Assembly: GCA_963665125.2 (NCBI GenBank)
Contig: CAXXUK010000002.1
Span: forward strand, 576,001-640,000
Origin: an uncultured Desulfarculus sp.
Lineage (GTDB): Bacteria; Desulfobacterota; Desulfarculia; Desulfarculales; Desulfarculaceae
Reading direction: 5' to 3'
Length of the DNA: 64,000 bases
The position numbers were made by a program, and so were the translations under genes. This document shows positions 18,845 through 27,361 of the stretch, one piece after another. The notes below the pieces were generated by a model. That model was not told where the DNA came from. It did no database searches and saw only the letters and a list, made by a program, of their open reading frames with translations. Every line of letters starts with the position of its first letter. The stretch's first letter is position 1.

Positions 18845-19130
18845 CAGCCACTACCTCTGAAGGCGGCCGGAACACGTCCGCTTTTTCCAGCCCAGGCTCT
18901 CCACCAGGGCGGGCCTGACCTCCTCCCCCCGGGCTGTGTAGATAGCGTGAGGTGGTGGCCGCGTTTTTGTGCCGCAAAACCAGTTGGAGAACCGCAACGG
19001 GGTGCCCTTTCTGGTAAAGAATCGTCGCGGTCAGTTGGCGGATGCCATGGAAACCGAACTCTGACACTTCGGCCTTCTTGCATAGCTGCTTCAAGAAGGT
19101 CTTGCGCCATTTGAACGGCTTGCCGTAGTG
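18845..19130 (-). pseudogene. Tyrosine recombinase (integrase) C-terminal remnant
   Basis: HYGKPFKWRKTFLKQLCKKAEVSEFGFHGIRQLTATILYQKG...LRHKNAATTSRYLHS contains HxxR, H and catalytic Y; 5' part missing from the IS end at 19131; probable frameshift after YLHS. Confidence 0.88.
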
Positions 19131-19370
19131 TGATCCTGCCCAGTTTTGACGGACACCGGAATAATCGAGTAAATTGCTTAACGGAGGTGTTCGATGCCAT
19201 CACAGAAGAGCCAGAAGAAATCCACCGGGCGGCACTACTCGCCGAAATTTTAAGCCGAGGCACTTGGCCTGGCCGAGAAAGTCGGGGTGGCTGGCGCGGC
19301 CAAGCAGCTTGGGCTGCATGAGCCCCAACTTTATGCTTGGCGTAAGAAGGCCCGCTACGAAGCCAGCCCA
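19131..19370 (+). mobile_element. IS3-family remnant: terminal repeat plus orfA pseudogene
   Basis: End TGATCCTGCCCAGTTTTGACGGACAC; GGAGG RBS; ATG 19194 MPSQKSQKKSTGRHYSPKF*AEALGLAEKVGVAGAAKQLGLHEPQLYAWRKK (OrfA HTH) with TAA at 19251; no orfB. Confidence 0.85.
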
Positions 19371-19442
19371 GTAGCCCATGGCACTGTTGCAAAAATCCGT
19401 GGAACGGCCTGTTTCGGTATAGGGCTCAATAAGGCGGGGCGG

Positions 19443-21812
19443 ATGGACAAGCCTGGTTTTCCCAACTCCGAGTTTCAAGACGACAGGTTGGTGTGGCGCC
19501 GGCCAGTTCACGGCGTGACAGGCCCTCCGTCCGGGGTTGGCTCTGCCTCCATCTCCTTAGGCCAGGTTCAAGGCCCGGCCCCATTGGTCTTGAATCTGAG
19601 GCTATCCGATGCTGCCTTGTCCGGAGCCGACGCTATCTGCATGGACTTGGCCAACCATTCGCCGGTGCCCTGCCTGACCGGTATCGCCATACATTGTGAC
19701 GGAGCGGAAGGGGGCTCGTTCTTCTCCGGCGCCCTGGAGCCATTGGCTGCGGGGGCCGAGCGGCAAGTGCTTTTCCCCCTGGAAGCGATGGGCAAGGAGG
19801 GCCAGCCCGGCGATTGGGCGTTGGCTTCGGCGCTGGAGGTTTCGTTTGCCCTGCCCAAGGGCAGTGACTTCATTGGAGAGTTGACCTTGGCGGTGGAGGG
19901 GGTGCATTGCTTGAAACGTCGTCTACCGCTTGGACCCCGCCTGCGGGAGTCCGGCTTGGCCCGGGTGCTTCGGCGGCCCTCCGCCATTGGCCCGGCCGAC
20001 CGGGGCGAACAAAACCGCCGCCATGTCACGATGGCTGCCTGTAACGGCCCCTGGATCGAACCACCCTTGCCCACGCCTTTGGAGCGGCCGGAACTCCTGC
20101 TCGACGGAATGATAATGGGCCGCCGGACAGGCTGCCCGCCCCAGTGGAACGGCTTGCCGGACCATCCACACCAATGGCTGCACCTGTTGCACCGTCAGCA
20201 CTTCCTGCGGCCCCTGGTCCGGGAGTTTGCGCGTACGCGGCGCCCGGCACTGGCCCGGACCGTGGCCTTGGTGATAACCGATTGGATAAAAAACAATCCG
20301 GTGCCCCTGGCTTCCGGCGGCGGGGCCGGTCCGGCTTGGGAGACCCTTTCAGCAGCTTGGCGGCTCAGGGAATGGCTCACAGTCATGGCTGTGATGAAGC
20401 CGATACCCAAGTTTGAAAGCATCATGCTGAGTTCGGTGTGGGAGCATGCCCGCCACCTGATGGACCATCGTGGCCACGCCACCAACTGGGCCATGGTGGA
20501 AGCTGCCGCTCTGGCTCTGGCAGGCTTGGAGCTTCCGGCTTTCAAGGAGGCCGAACTCTGGGCGCAAACCGGGCTGGAGCGGCTGGCCTACGAGGCGGGA
20601 CGTCAATTTTGGGACGATGGGGTGCATTTCGAACTTTCACCACTTTACCAGGCCATTTGTTTGGAGGCCCTGCTGGCTGTGCGGCGGGCAATACTGGCCA
20701 GGGGCGGGGCCTTTCCGCCGGAGTTGGAAAAGACTTTGGGGCTGGGCCTGGATTACCTGCGCGCCCTACGGCGTCCGGATGGGACCTGGCCCGCGCTGAA
20801 CGACTCCTGGGGCATTGACGGCGATTACGACGCCCTGCTGGCCCTGGCCGACCGCGAGTTTCAGGCACAGGGACTTCCGCCCGGCAACGGCATTATTTTC
20901 CCGCGCGGCGGGGTCTGCGTCCTGGGTTCTTGCCCTGATACCGCCCACGGCAACCGCCTGGTGTTGCGGGCCGGTCCGGCCGGAGCCGCCCATGCGCACG
21001 ACGACACCCTGTCCTTGGATGTTTGCCTGGCGGGCAGGGCGTTTGTGGTTGACCCGGGGGTCTCCTCCTATGATCCGGACCGGCGCAGCGAGTTCTATCG
21101 TTCGGCTCAGGCCCACAGCATGCCCTGGGTGGATGGCTGGGAGCGTAGCGCCGACCGGCGGCCCTGGCCGGAGCGGATCGTCTGGGCCCATGGCGATCTG
21201 GTTCGCGCCGGGCTGGGAGGGCTGGAGACCGCCACCGCCGTGGCCTGGGGTCCCTGGTCAGACCCGGCCGCGTCCTGCCTGATCTTCCGTAGCGTGGTCA
21301 GTGTCATGGCGGAGTACTTCGTGGTCCGAGATCACTTCAGCGGTCGAGGCGCGCGCCGCATCCGGGTCAACTGGCAGATGGCCCCCGGGCCTGTGCGTCT
21401 GGAGCCCGGCGGGCGCGGCGCCAGCCGGGGCAACCACGAGGGAAATGCGGGCCGTATTGACCTCATGACGCCCGAACACGGCCTGGGCCTGGCCGAGGGC
21501 TGGGTGGCGGTGGCCGGTAAGGACGTGCCCGCAGCCAGATTGGTCCTGGACCTGCAGGCCGAGTTGCCCCTTACCCTGGTCTGGCTGCTGCGGCCGGTAT
21601 CCGTCCAGGTTGGTGGCCTCGACCTGCACGAGGGCCGCGAACCCGGTGCCGTGCGCCTGGCCGTTCCCCTGGCCGACGGCGCCGTGGACGAGCTGGACCT
21701 GGGCGCGCCCCGTCTTGGCCGTCTGGCCCCCGGCTGCCTGCGCCAGGGAGCGGTGAGCCTCGTGCGGCATCGGCCAGGCGGCGCGGTTTTGCACCGCAAG
21801 CTCGACGGCTGA
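19443..21812 (+). CDS. Heparinase II/III-like polysaccharide lyase family protein
   Basis: WIKNNP, NWAMVEAAAL, DDGVHFELSPLYQ, RPDGTWPALNDS, HAHDDTLS, VVDPGVSSYD, RSAQAHS; start uncertain (the 19287 start lies in IS3 orfA). Confidence 0.85.
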   Translation: MDKPGFPNSEFQDDRLVWRRPVHGVTGPPSGVGSASISLGQVQGPAPLVLNLRLSDAALSGADAICMDLANHSPVPCLTGIAIHCDGAEGGSFFSGALEPLAAGAERQVLFPLEAMGKEGQPGDWALASALEVSFALPKGSDFIGELTLAVEGVHCLKRRLPLGPRLRESGLARVLRRPSAIGPADRGEQNRRHVTMAACNGPWIEPPLPTPLERPELLLDGMIMGRRTGCPPQWNGLPDHPHQWLHLLHRQHFLRPLVREFARTRRPALARTVALVITDWIKNNPVPLASGGGAGPAWETLSAAWRLREWLTVMAVMKPIPKFESIMLSSVWEHARHLMDHRGHATNWAMVEAAALALAGLELPAFKEAELWAQTGLERLAYEAGRQFWDDGVHFELSPLYQAICLEALLAVRRAILARGGAFPPELEKTLGLGLDYLRALRRPDGTWPALNDSWGIDGDYDALLALADREFQAQGLPPGNGIIFPRGGVCVLGSCPDTAHGNRLVLRAGPAGAAHAHDDTLSLDVCLAGRAFVVDPGVSSYDPDRRSEFYRSAQAHSMPWVDGWERSADRRPWPERIVWAHGDLVRAGLGGLETATAVAWGPWSDPAASCLIFRSVVSVMAEYFVVRDHFSGRGARRIRVNWQMAPGPVRLEPGGRGASRGNHEGNAGRIDLMTPEHGLGLAEGWVAVAGKDVPAARLVLDLQAELPLTLVWLLRPVSVQVGGLDLHEGREPGAVRLAVPLADGAVDELDLGAPRLGRLAPGCLRQGAVSLVRHRPGGAVLHRKLDG

Positions 21813-21839
21813 GGCGCATTCCGGCCCACCGGTCCAACC

Positions 21840-22817
21840 TTACGCCGGTCCCGCAGCCCCGGCCCCGCCGCCGCAGTAGTGGGCCATGAATTGATCCATG
21901 ATGTACTCCACCGTGGCGCGGCTGACGTGAAAGTTCTCTCGGCCATCGGCGAAGATGGGTCGGCCATGGACGGAGGCAAGGTAGATGGTGGCCATCTCGT
22001 AGGCCGGGAAGTAGTGCGCATTGTGGTGGCGGGCGCAGAACTCATCAGCCACCGCCCGCAGGGTGGACTTGGAGTTGCAACTGGCGCTGATGACGTCCGT
22101 ATCCCGGCGGAAGGTGGCCCAGAGGTGTACCGGCGAGACGGTGACCACCAAGTGACAAGCCGGGTTGTGGGCGGCCATCAACTCGTGAATGCGTTCCAGG
22201 TTGTCCAGGTTCTCCTGGTAGCGGCTTACCCGGAAGCGATAGCCGCTCATGTCGCCGCCCAGGTTGACGTAGGGCCCGCCGGGCAGGCAGATCACTTGGC
22301 CAAGGCGGTCCTGCCATATCTCGGTGAGGCCCAGGGTAAGGATCAGAACCCGGGCCCGGGTCAGGGCGCCCCGCGAACAGAGCCGGTGGCGGGCGAAATC
22401 TTGTTCCGCCCGCTCGAGGCTGTCGTAGAGTATGATACGGCGGTACGGATCCTGCACCTGCCCGCTTTGAGGCACGGGCCACCAGCGCGGGGACGGCGAC
22501 CAGTCGTCAAAGGTGTACTCGAAGATCTGGCGCATGCCGAAGGTGTTGTACACCCGCTCCCAGGCGGCGCTGGCATGCTTGGCGGCGGGGTGGTCGGCCT
22601 CCTCCTGGATGTAGTTGTAGCCCCGCTCCATCAGGATGGTCTTTATCTCCCGGGCGAAGCACGAACCCATGGAGGCCAGGGGGGTGGACCGGTCCAGCGT
22701 CAGATCAGGGGGCAGAGGCCGGGGGTAGCGCGGTCCGGCCGCCGGGTTGTCGTAGGAGCCGGGCCAGACCTGCCAGCTCTCAAAGCAATGCGCGGGATGA
22801 ACGTCTGAAAGGGCCAT
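21840..22817 (-). CDS. GSCFA-domain protein (SGNH-like)
   Basis: SMGSCFAREI, LTLGLTEIW, VVTVSPV, SKSTLRAVA, YFPAYE, FHVS. Confidence 0.9.
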   Translation of the reverse strand: MALSDVHPAHCFESWQVWPGSYDNPAAGPRYPRPLPPDLTLDRSTPLASMGSCFAREIKTILMERGYNYIQEEADHPAAKHASAAWERVYNTFGMRQIFEYTFDDWSPSPRWWPVPQSGQVQDPYRRIILYDSLERAEQDFARHRLCSRGALTRARVLILTLGLTEIWQDRLGQVICLPGGPYVNLGGDMSGYRFRVSRYQENLDNLERIHELMAAHNPACHLVVTVSPVHLWATFRRDTDVISASCNSKSTLRAVADEFCARHHNAHYFPAYEMATIYLASVHGRPIFADGRENFHVSRATVEYIMDQFMAHYCGGGAGAAGPA

Positions 22818-22933
22818 GATGATTCTCTCTTTTTCGATTGACCAGCGGGTAGTCCTCTGCCCTGACGGCACATCGACCAAAGTCGACGGCCGGAGAGTGT
22901 ACCCGCTACATAATGCCATGGAATGATTAGGCC

Positions 22934-24121
22934 ATGCCAGTAGCTCCACGCCATAGAGTCTGCCTGACGACACCGGAGTTTCCGCCCGAAAACCGGGGCG
23001 GCCTGGCCCGCACCGTGGCCCGGGTCGCCCGCGCGGCGGCTTCGGCCGGTCTGGAGACCCACATCGCCCATCTGGTGGTAAAGGACGGCCCGCCGCCGCT
23101 GCTGGACCGCAACCGTTCCACCCGTGAGGATGACGGCATCTTGGTGCACCGAATCGAGGTGGGCGCAGAGCCCGCCGACCCCGCCCGGCGCCAACGCTGG
23201 GACTGCGGCCACACCCTCACCCTGCGAATGATGTATGAGTCGCTGGCTCGGCTGCACCAAGAAATGGGTTTCAGCCTGCTCAGTTCCTTTTTTCTCTTCC
23301 CGGTGGGCTACGTGACCGGCCTGCTGGCAGGGCGCTGCGGGGCCGCCTGCGTGGCCGCCATGGTCGGGGATGATTTCAACCGCTTTGTCTTCAGCCCGGC
23401 CAAGCTGGGGGCTCTGACCGCCGCTCTGGGCGGCGCGGACCGGGTAGTGGCGCTCAGCCGCGAGATGGCCGCCGCGGCCGATGCTCTGATCCCGATGGGC
23501 GACAAGGTGCGGGTGATCCACAACTCGGTGGCGCCGGTGTCCGAGGCCTGGGCCCCCCAAACCACGGGCGGCGGCGCCTTCAGGGTGGGCTGCGCGGGCT
23601 TCTTCAAGTACAGTAAGGGCCTGCCCTACCTGCTGGCGGCCGTGGCCGGTCTGGCCGGCCAAAGGCCGGTGGAGCTGGAACTGCTGGGGGGATTCAAGCG
23701 TGGCCAGCGCGAGCAGCTCGACCACTGGGTGCGCGAGACGGGGATCGGCCGGGCCCTGCGCCTGATCAAGCCCGGTGATCACGCCGGGGTCATGGCGTGG
23801 CTGCGCGGGCTGGATGCCTTTGCCCTGCCATCTCTCTCCGAGGGCTGCCCCAACATCCTCATGGAGGCCATGGCCTGCGGCCTGCCCTGCGTGGCCACCA
23901 GGGTGGGGGCCTGTCCGGAACTGGTCGAGGATGGGGTGTCGGGGCTGCTGGTGCCCATGGCCGACAGCCAAGCCCTGGCCCGGGCTTTGGCCCGGCTGAT
24001 GGACGCTCCCAGGGCCGCCGCCGACATGGGCGCCAACGCGCGGGAGGCCATGCAACGCTTCTCGCCCGAGCGCGAGCGCGAGGCCTGGCTTTCTCTATAC
24101 CGGGAACTCCTGGATTTCTGA
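22934..24121 (+). CDS. Glycosyltransferase family 4
   Basis: EFPPENRGGL, KGLPYLL, FALPSLSEGCPNILMEAMACGLPCVATRVG (EX7E). Confidence 0.93.
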   Translation: MPVAPRHRVCLTTPEFPPENRGGLARTVARVARAAASAGLETHIAHLVVKDGPPPLLDRNRSTREDDGILVHRIEVGAEPADPARRQRWDCGHTLTLRMMYESLARLHQEMGFSLLSSFFLFPVGYVTGLLAGRCGAACVAAMVGDDFNRFVFSPAKLGALTAALGGADRVVALSREMAAAADALIPMGDKVRVIHNSVAPVSEAWAPQTTGGGAFRVGCAGFFKYSKGLPYLLAAVAGLAGQRPVELELLGGFKRGQREQLDHWVRETGIGRALRLIKPGDHAGVMAWLRGLDAFALPSLSEGCPNILMEAMACGLPCVATRVGACPELVEDGVSGLLVPMADSQALARALARLMDAPRAAADMGANAREAMQRFSPEREREAWLSLYRELLDF

Positions 24122-24122
24122 G

Positions 24123-24932
24123 ATGGCGGACGCGCGCTTACGCTATCCCTCCGACCACTGGTTGCGCGGCGACGAAGCCGAGGCGGCCCTGGCGCGTTAT
24201 CTGGATCAGCAGTCCAAGGCCTACAGCCGTGTGAAGAACCGTTTCATCCGCGAACTGCTGGGCAACCTGAACGGCAGGCGGGTGCTGGACTTCGGCTGCG
24301 GCGGAGGGCTGTGGTCGGTCGAGGCGAGCATTGGGGGGGCGGCGGAGGTGTTGGCCCTGGACGCTGAACAGGGCGCCCTGGCTGCGGCCGAGCTGCTGGC
24401 CAAGCAACGGGGGGCGTACCCCCGGCCGCGTTTTCTACGCCGCGATAATCTGCCCGAGCCGGAGGAGTTCGGCCGCTTCGACGTGGTGTTGGCCAAGGAC
24501 ATCCTGGAGCACCTGGCTGATGATCGGGGTTTCCTGGCCCGCGTCCGGCGGCTGCTGGCCCCGGGCGGCCGCCTGGTCCTCTCCACCCAGAACGCCTGGT
24601 CCCTCAATTTTCTCCTGGAGGGCGGCTACCATCGCCTGCTCCGGCGTGACCTGGCCTGGCAGGGCTGGGATCCTACCCATCTTCGCTTTTACAGTCCACG
24701 CTCCCTGCGCCGGCTGCTGGGATCGGCTGGCCTGCGCTGCGAGGCCTGGCGCGGGGCATACCTGCTGCCCTACAAGTTACCGGCGCCGTCCTGGTCCGGC
24801 CGCAGGTTCTGGCGGGTGGACCCGCTGAGCCGCGTCGACCACCTCCTGGGGCGGGCTGCACCATTCAACCAGCTCGGCTGGTCCATCATGCTGCGGGCCG
24901 TGAACGCTGACTATGAACCGGACTGCGTCTGA
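24123..24932 (+). CDS. Class I SAM-dependent methyltransferase
   Basis: VLDFGCGGG, FDVVLAKDILEHL, LAPGGRLVLST. Confidence 0.92.
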   Translation: MADARLRYPSDHWLRGDEAEAALARYLDQQSKAYSRVKNRFIRELLGNLNGRRVLDFGCGGGLWSVEASIGGAAEVLALDAEQGALAAAELLAKQRGAYPRPRFLRRDNLPEPEEFGRFDVVLAKDILEHLADDRGFLARVRRLLAPGGRLVLSTQNAWSLNFLLEGGYHRLLRRDLAWQGWDPTHLRFYSPRSLRRLLGSAGLRCEAWRGAYLLPYKLPAPSWSGRRFWRVDPLSRVDHLLGRAAPFNQLGWSIMLRAVNADYEPDCV

Positions 24933-26311
24933 TCCCGCTGCGTCTGCACCAACTGCTCCAACTCGTCGACCAACTCGCGGAATAGCGCCGGGGCGACGCC
25001 CGGCGAGAAATAGTTCCCCGGGCTCTGGTGGTGGTGCAGGCTGAAGTCGTAACCCGGCGGCAGCAGGCCCCGCTCCAGACAGATCCGGTGATCCGCAGTG
25101 CCCGGGTGGGGGGTGAAGAGGCTGAAAATTACCTTGTCGCACTCCAGCTCCTGCACCAGGGCTTTTGTCTCGCGCAGGGTCTCCTCGGTTTCCTGGGGGA
25201 AACCCGCCATGATGAAGACCTCCAGGCGCATCCCGCGCCGCTTGACCATGCGGCAGGCCTCCCTGGCGTCGGCGACTCCAAAACCCTTACGCACCGACCG
25301 CAGGATGCGCTCGCTGCCCGACTCGATGCCGAGCTGAATGGTTTGGCAACCGGCCCGCTGCATGCTTTCCAGGTTGGGTTCGGTGATCAGGCGGACGTGG
25401 GTTTCGCAACTCCAGCCAAGGCCGGGGCAACTATCGGCGATGGCTCGGCAGAGCCCGCGCAGATAGCCCGGCTCGATACCGAATGTGTCGTCGTCGAAGT
25501 GCACCCTTTCGGTAACGGCCGCCTGCATGGCCAACAACTCCGACACCACGTGGCCGGGTGAGCGATAGCGCGGCCGACGGCCCCATATGTTGTGCGAACC
25601 GCAGTAAGTGCACCGCTGCGGGCAGCCGCGGGTGGCCATAAGATGGCCTAGGGCCTTGGCCGGGTAGCGCTCATGGTCCAGCAGCACCGTCCGGGCCCAG
25701 TCCCCGGGACGGGGCAGCTCGTCCAGGTCGGCCGCCAGCTGTCGTGGTGTGATCGGGCGGCCCTTGGCCGCCACCCCCGGCACCCCGCTGACATCCTCGC
25801 CTTTTTGCAGGCGGCGCAGCAACTCCACCAGGGTGTGTTCCCCTTCGCCCACCACGCAGAGATCGAAATCGTCTCCAGCCAGAACCTGCTGCGGTGCCGC
25901 GGTGGGATGTGGCCCGCCCGCCAACACCAGGCAATCGGGGTTCAGGCGCTTGGCGATGCGCGCCAGCATCCGGCCCGCAGCTAGGGTGGCCGACTTGAGC
26001 GAAATCCCCACCACCGCCGGGGCCTGTTCGCGCAGCACTCCCTCCACCTCACGCCAGATGGAGGCCCCCGGATCGGCTAGGCAGGCAAGATAGCGCCGGT
26101 GACCGGCGCCGGAGAGGTGCCGCACCGAAAAGGGAAGCCCCACTCCCGCGAAATCGGAGTTGTAACACCGCACCTGCCAATCGGTATGCGCGGCGACCGA
26201 CGCCGCCAGGTAGGCAAGGGACAGGGGGTAGCGGCAGAGGGAATAGTGCTCGTCGAAAAGGCGGTAGAACGGCGGCTCGATCAGGAGCACTCGGCGGGAG
26301 GTCATGGTCAC
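24911..26311 (-). CDS. Cobalamin-binding radical SAM protein (class B)
   Basis: YPLSLAYLAA, VLAGGPHPT, VGEGE, TRGCPQRCTYC, FDDDTF, LGIESGS. Confidence 0.93.
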   Translation of the reverse strand: MTMTSRRVLLIEPPFYRLFDEHYSLCRYPLSLAYLAASVAAHTDWQVRCYNSDFAGVGLPFSVRHLSGAGHRRYLACLADPGASIWREVEGVLREQAPAVVGISLKSATLAAGRMLARIAKRLNPDCLVLAGGPHPTAAPQQVLAGDDFDLCVVGEGEHTLVELLRRLQKGEDVSGVPGVAAKGRPITPRQLAADLDELPRPGDWARTVLLDHERYPAKALGHLMATRGCPQRCTYCGSHNIWGRRPRYRSPGHVVSELLAMQAAVTERVHFDDDTFGIEPGYLRGLCRAIADSCPGLGWSCETHVRLITEPNLESMQRAGCQTIQLGIESGSERILRSVRKGFGVADAREACRMVKRRGMRLEVFIMAGFPQETEETLRETKALVQELECDKVIFSLFTPHPGTADHRICLERGLLPPGYDFSLHHHQSPGNYFSPGVAPALFRELVDELEQLVQTQRDQTQSGS

Positions 26312-26320
26312 GATTGGCTC

Positions 26321-27361
26321 CTAGGGCACCAGGCTGTTGAACAGTTGCAGGTATGTCTCGGCCCGACGCTTCCATGAATGCTCGCGGGCCATGCGCGCCA
26401 TGGCCTGCCCGCGATCAGCAACGCCCTCGGCCAGCAGGGCGTGGGACCTGGCAAGCATGCCGTCCACATCGCCATGGGCGAAGCTGTGGCCCATGCCCAT
26501 CTCGGCCACCATACCCCGCTGCAGGACCGGCTCCTCGCACAGCACCGGCAGCCCGGCCCGCAGGTAGTAGACGACCTTGGAGCTGTCGTTGTCGAATTCG
26601 TCCGGCCCGGCAGCCAGGGAAATTCCGAAAGCGGCCCAAGCCATGAAATCCCACAGGGCGGGTCCGGTCCGGGTGCCGTGATCGATCACCCGGCTGGAAA
26701 GCGGCACCGGCTCACCGTAGAGGCGGCTCTTGTTCAGACCGACCAGGTGCACCTCCGCCAGGCCGCTCAGTGCCTCTGCAGCCCGGTTGAGCATATCCAC
26801 CATGCGCCCGCCGGCCAGACTGCCCAGGAAAAGGACGGCGGGCAGGTCGCGGCCGTACGGGTCGGGGCCGCGAGGGGGGATGTCCTCCGGACAGCCGGTG
26901 GGGGTGAGCACCGAGGGCCTACCCGGGCCATGGTTGCGCTGCCAGCGTTCCTGGTTCTGGGGGTTGTTGAAGGCCAGGGCCGTGGCTCGCCGGTGAATCT
27001 TGCGCTGCCATTCCAAGAGCCGCTCCCGGCGGGGTTCGTCACGGGCGGGCACTTGCCGGTCCACCACCCGCACCAGCCGACACACCAGCGGGCCGTCGAA
27101 GCCCTCGACCAGATCAATGCCGGGATGATAACAGGTCTTCAGGATTTGGTAGCGGCCCTCCCGAATTGCGCTCAGGGGCCGCAGGGACAGGGGTTGCCCG
27201 TACGGTCCGGGCAGCCTGGCTGGTGCGGCGATGGGGGCCAGGATATCTACCTCGGCGCCCCCATCAGCCAACCCGGCGGCCAGGTAGGTCAGCCGCTCCA
27301 CGTCTATGCCTGGCGGCCTTAGCCGTGGATCGTGATGGAAGACGAGCCCCACCCTCACCAC
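26321..27361 (-). CDS. Divergent GT-B glycosyltransferase-like protein
   Basis: AVLFLGSL, SSKVVYYLRAGLPVL, HSWKRRAETY resemble GT4-like C-terminal motifs. Confidence 0.7.
   Translation of the reverse strand: MVRVGLVFHHDPRLRPPGIDVERLTYLAAGLADGGAEVDILAPIAAPARLPGPYGQPLSLRPLSAIREGRYQILKTCYHPGIDLVEGFDGPLVCRLVRVVDRQVPARDEPRRERLLEWQRKIHRRATALAFNNPQNQERWQRNHGPGRPSVLTPTGCPEDIPPRGPDPYGRDLPAVLFLGSLAGGRMVDMLNRAAEALSGLAEVHLVGLNKSRLYGEPVPLSSRVIDHGTRTGPALWDFMAWAAFGISLAAGPDEFDNDSSKVVYYLRAGLPVLCEEPVLQRGMVAEMGMGHSFAHGDVDGMLARSHALLAEGVADRGQAMARMAREHSWKRRAETYLQLFNSLVP

Noticed and set aside
18756..19094. 112-aa ORF as an intact small gene
   Set aside because: It is the integrase remnant; its tail AVPTGLEPVSPA is just the antisense of tRNA-Glu
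19287..19442. N-terminal extension of the 841-aa ORF as a DNA-binding domain of the lyase
   Set aside because: Derives from IS3 orfA; the orfA start is cut off by the TAA at 19251
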